A stretch of 21,008 nt of DNA from positions 1 to 21,008 of the forward strand of contig NW_021823815.1 of NCBI RefSeq assembly GCF_006345805.1, in the 5' to 3' direction. Each line of letters starts with the position of its first letter. Position 1 is the stretch's first letter. The notes under the pieces were generated by a model. It saw only the letters and a list, made by a program, of their open reading frames with translations. It was not told where the DNA came from and made no database searches. Shown here piece by piece: positions 20,895 through 21,008 of the stretch. A program made the position numbers and the translations under genes. This DNA is from Octopus sinensis (taxonomy: Eukaryota).

Positions 20895-21008
20895 TAATTA
20901 AAAAATGAATTTCTTGGTTTTCTACAATATATATGTTAGTACTGATCTTACTCCATAATTTTGATACAGATGGAGACCCTGGGTAATTTGCCCTTTCTTA
21001 CTCTATAA

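Overview
Eukaryotic, repeat-saturated, apparently intergenic or intronic DNA with no credible host protein-coding gene. The SINE families and microsatellite load look like an octopus/coleoid cephalopod genome (inferred from recalled repeat motifs, not a database search). Contents: a Chapaev3-like MITE (113-927) carrying a nested LINE 3' UTR; tRNA-derived SINEs of at least three head types; two decayed Tx1/L1-clade LINE fragments in the same orientation; an R4/Dong-type RLE-LINE fragment running into a ~3.2 kb (GAT)n array with ~670-bp higher-order structure; a full-length dead mariner (13949-15240) with TIRs and TA TSD; a CR1 3' end; a 1.75 kb polypyrimidine tract; and a Chapaev3 transposase pseudogene split by an RTE-type LINE 3' end with an 11-bp TSD. 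The most notable signals are a Penelope-type minimal hammerhead ribozyme motif (12959-13079, minus), a 3' tail shared between a SINE and Tx1-type LINEs, a possible head-to-tail Tx1 tandem and a ~107-nt hairpin. All long low-complexity ORFs are microsatellite artefacts.
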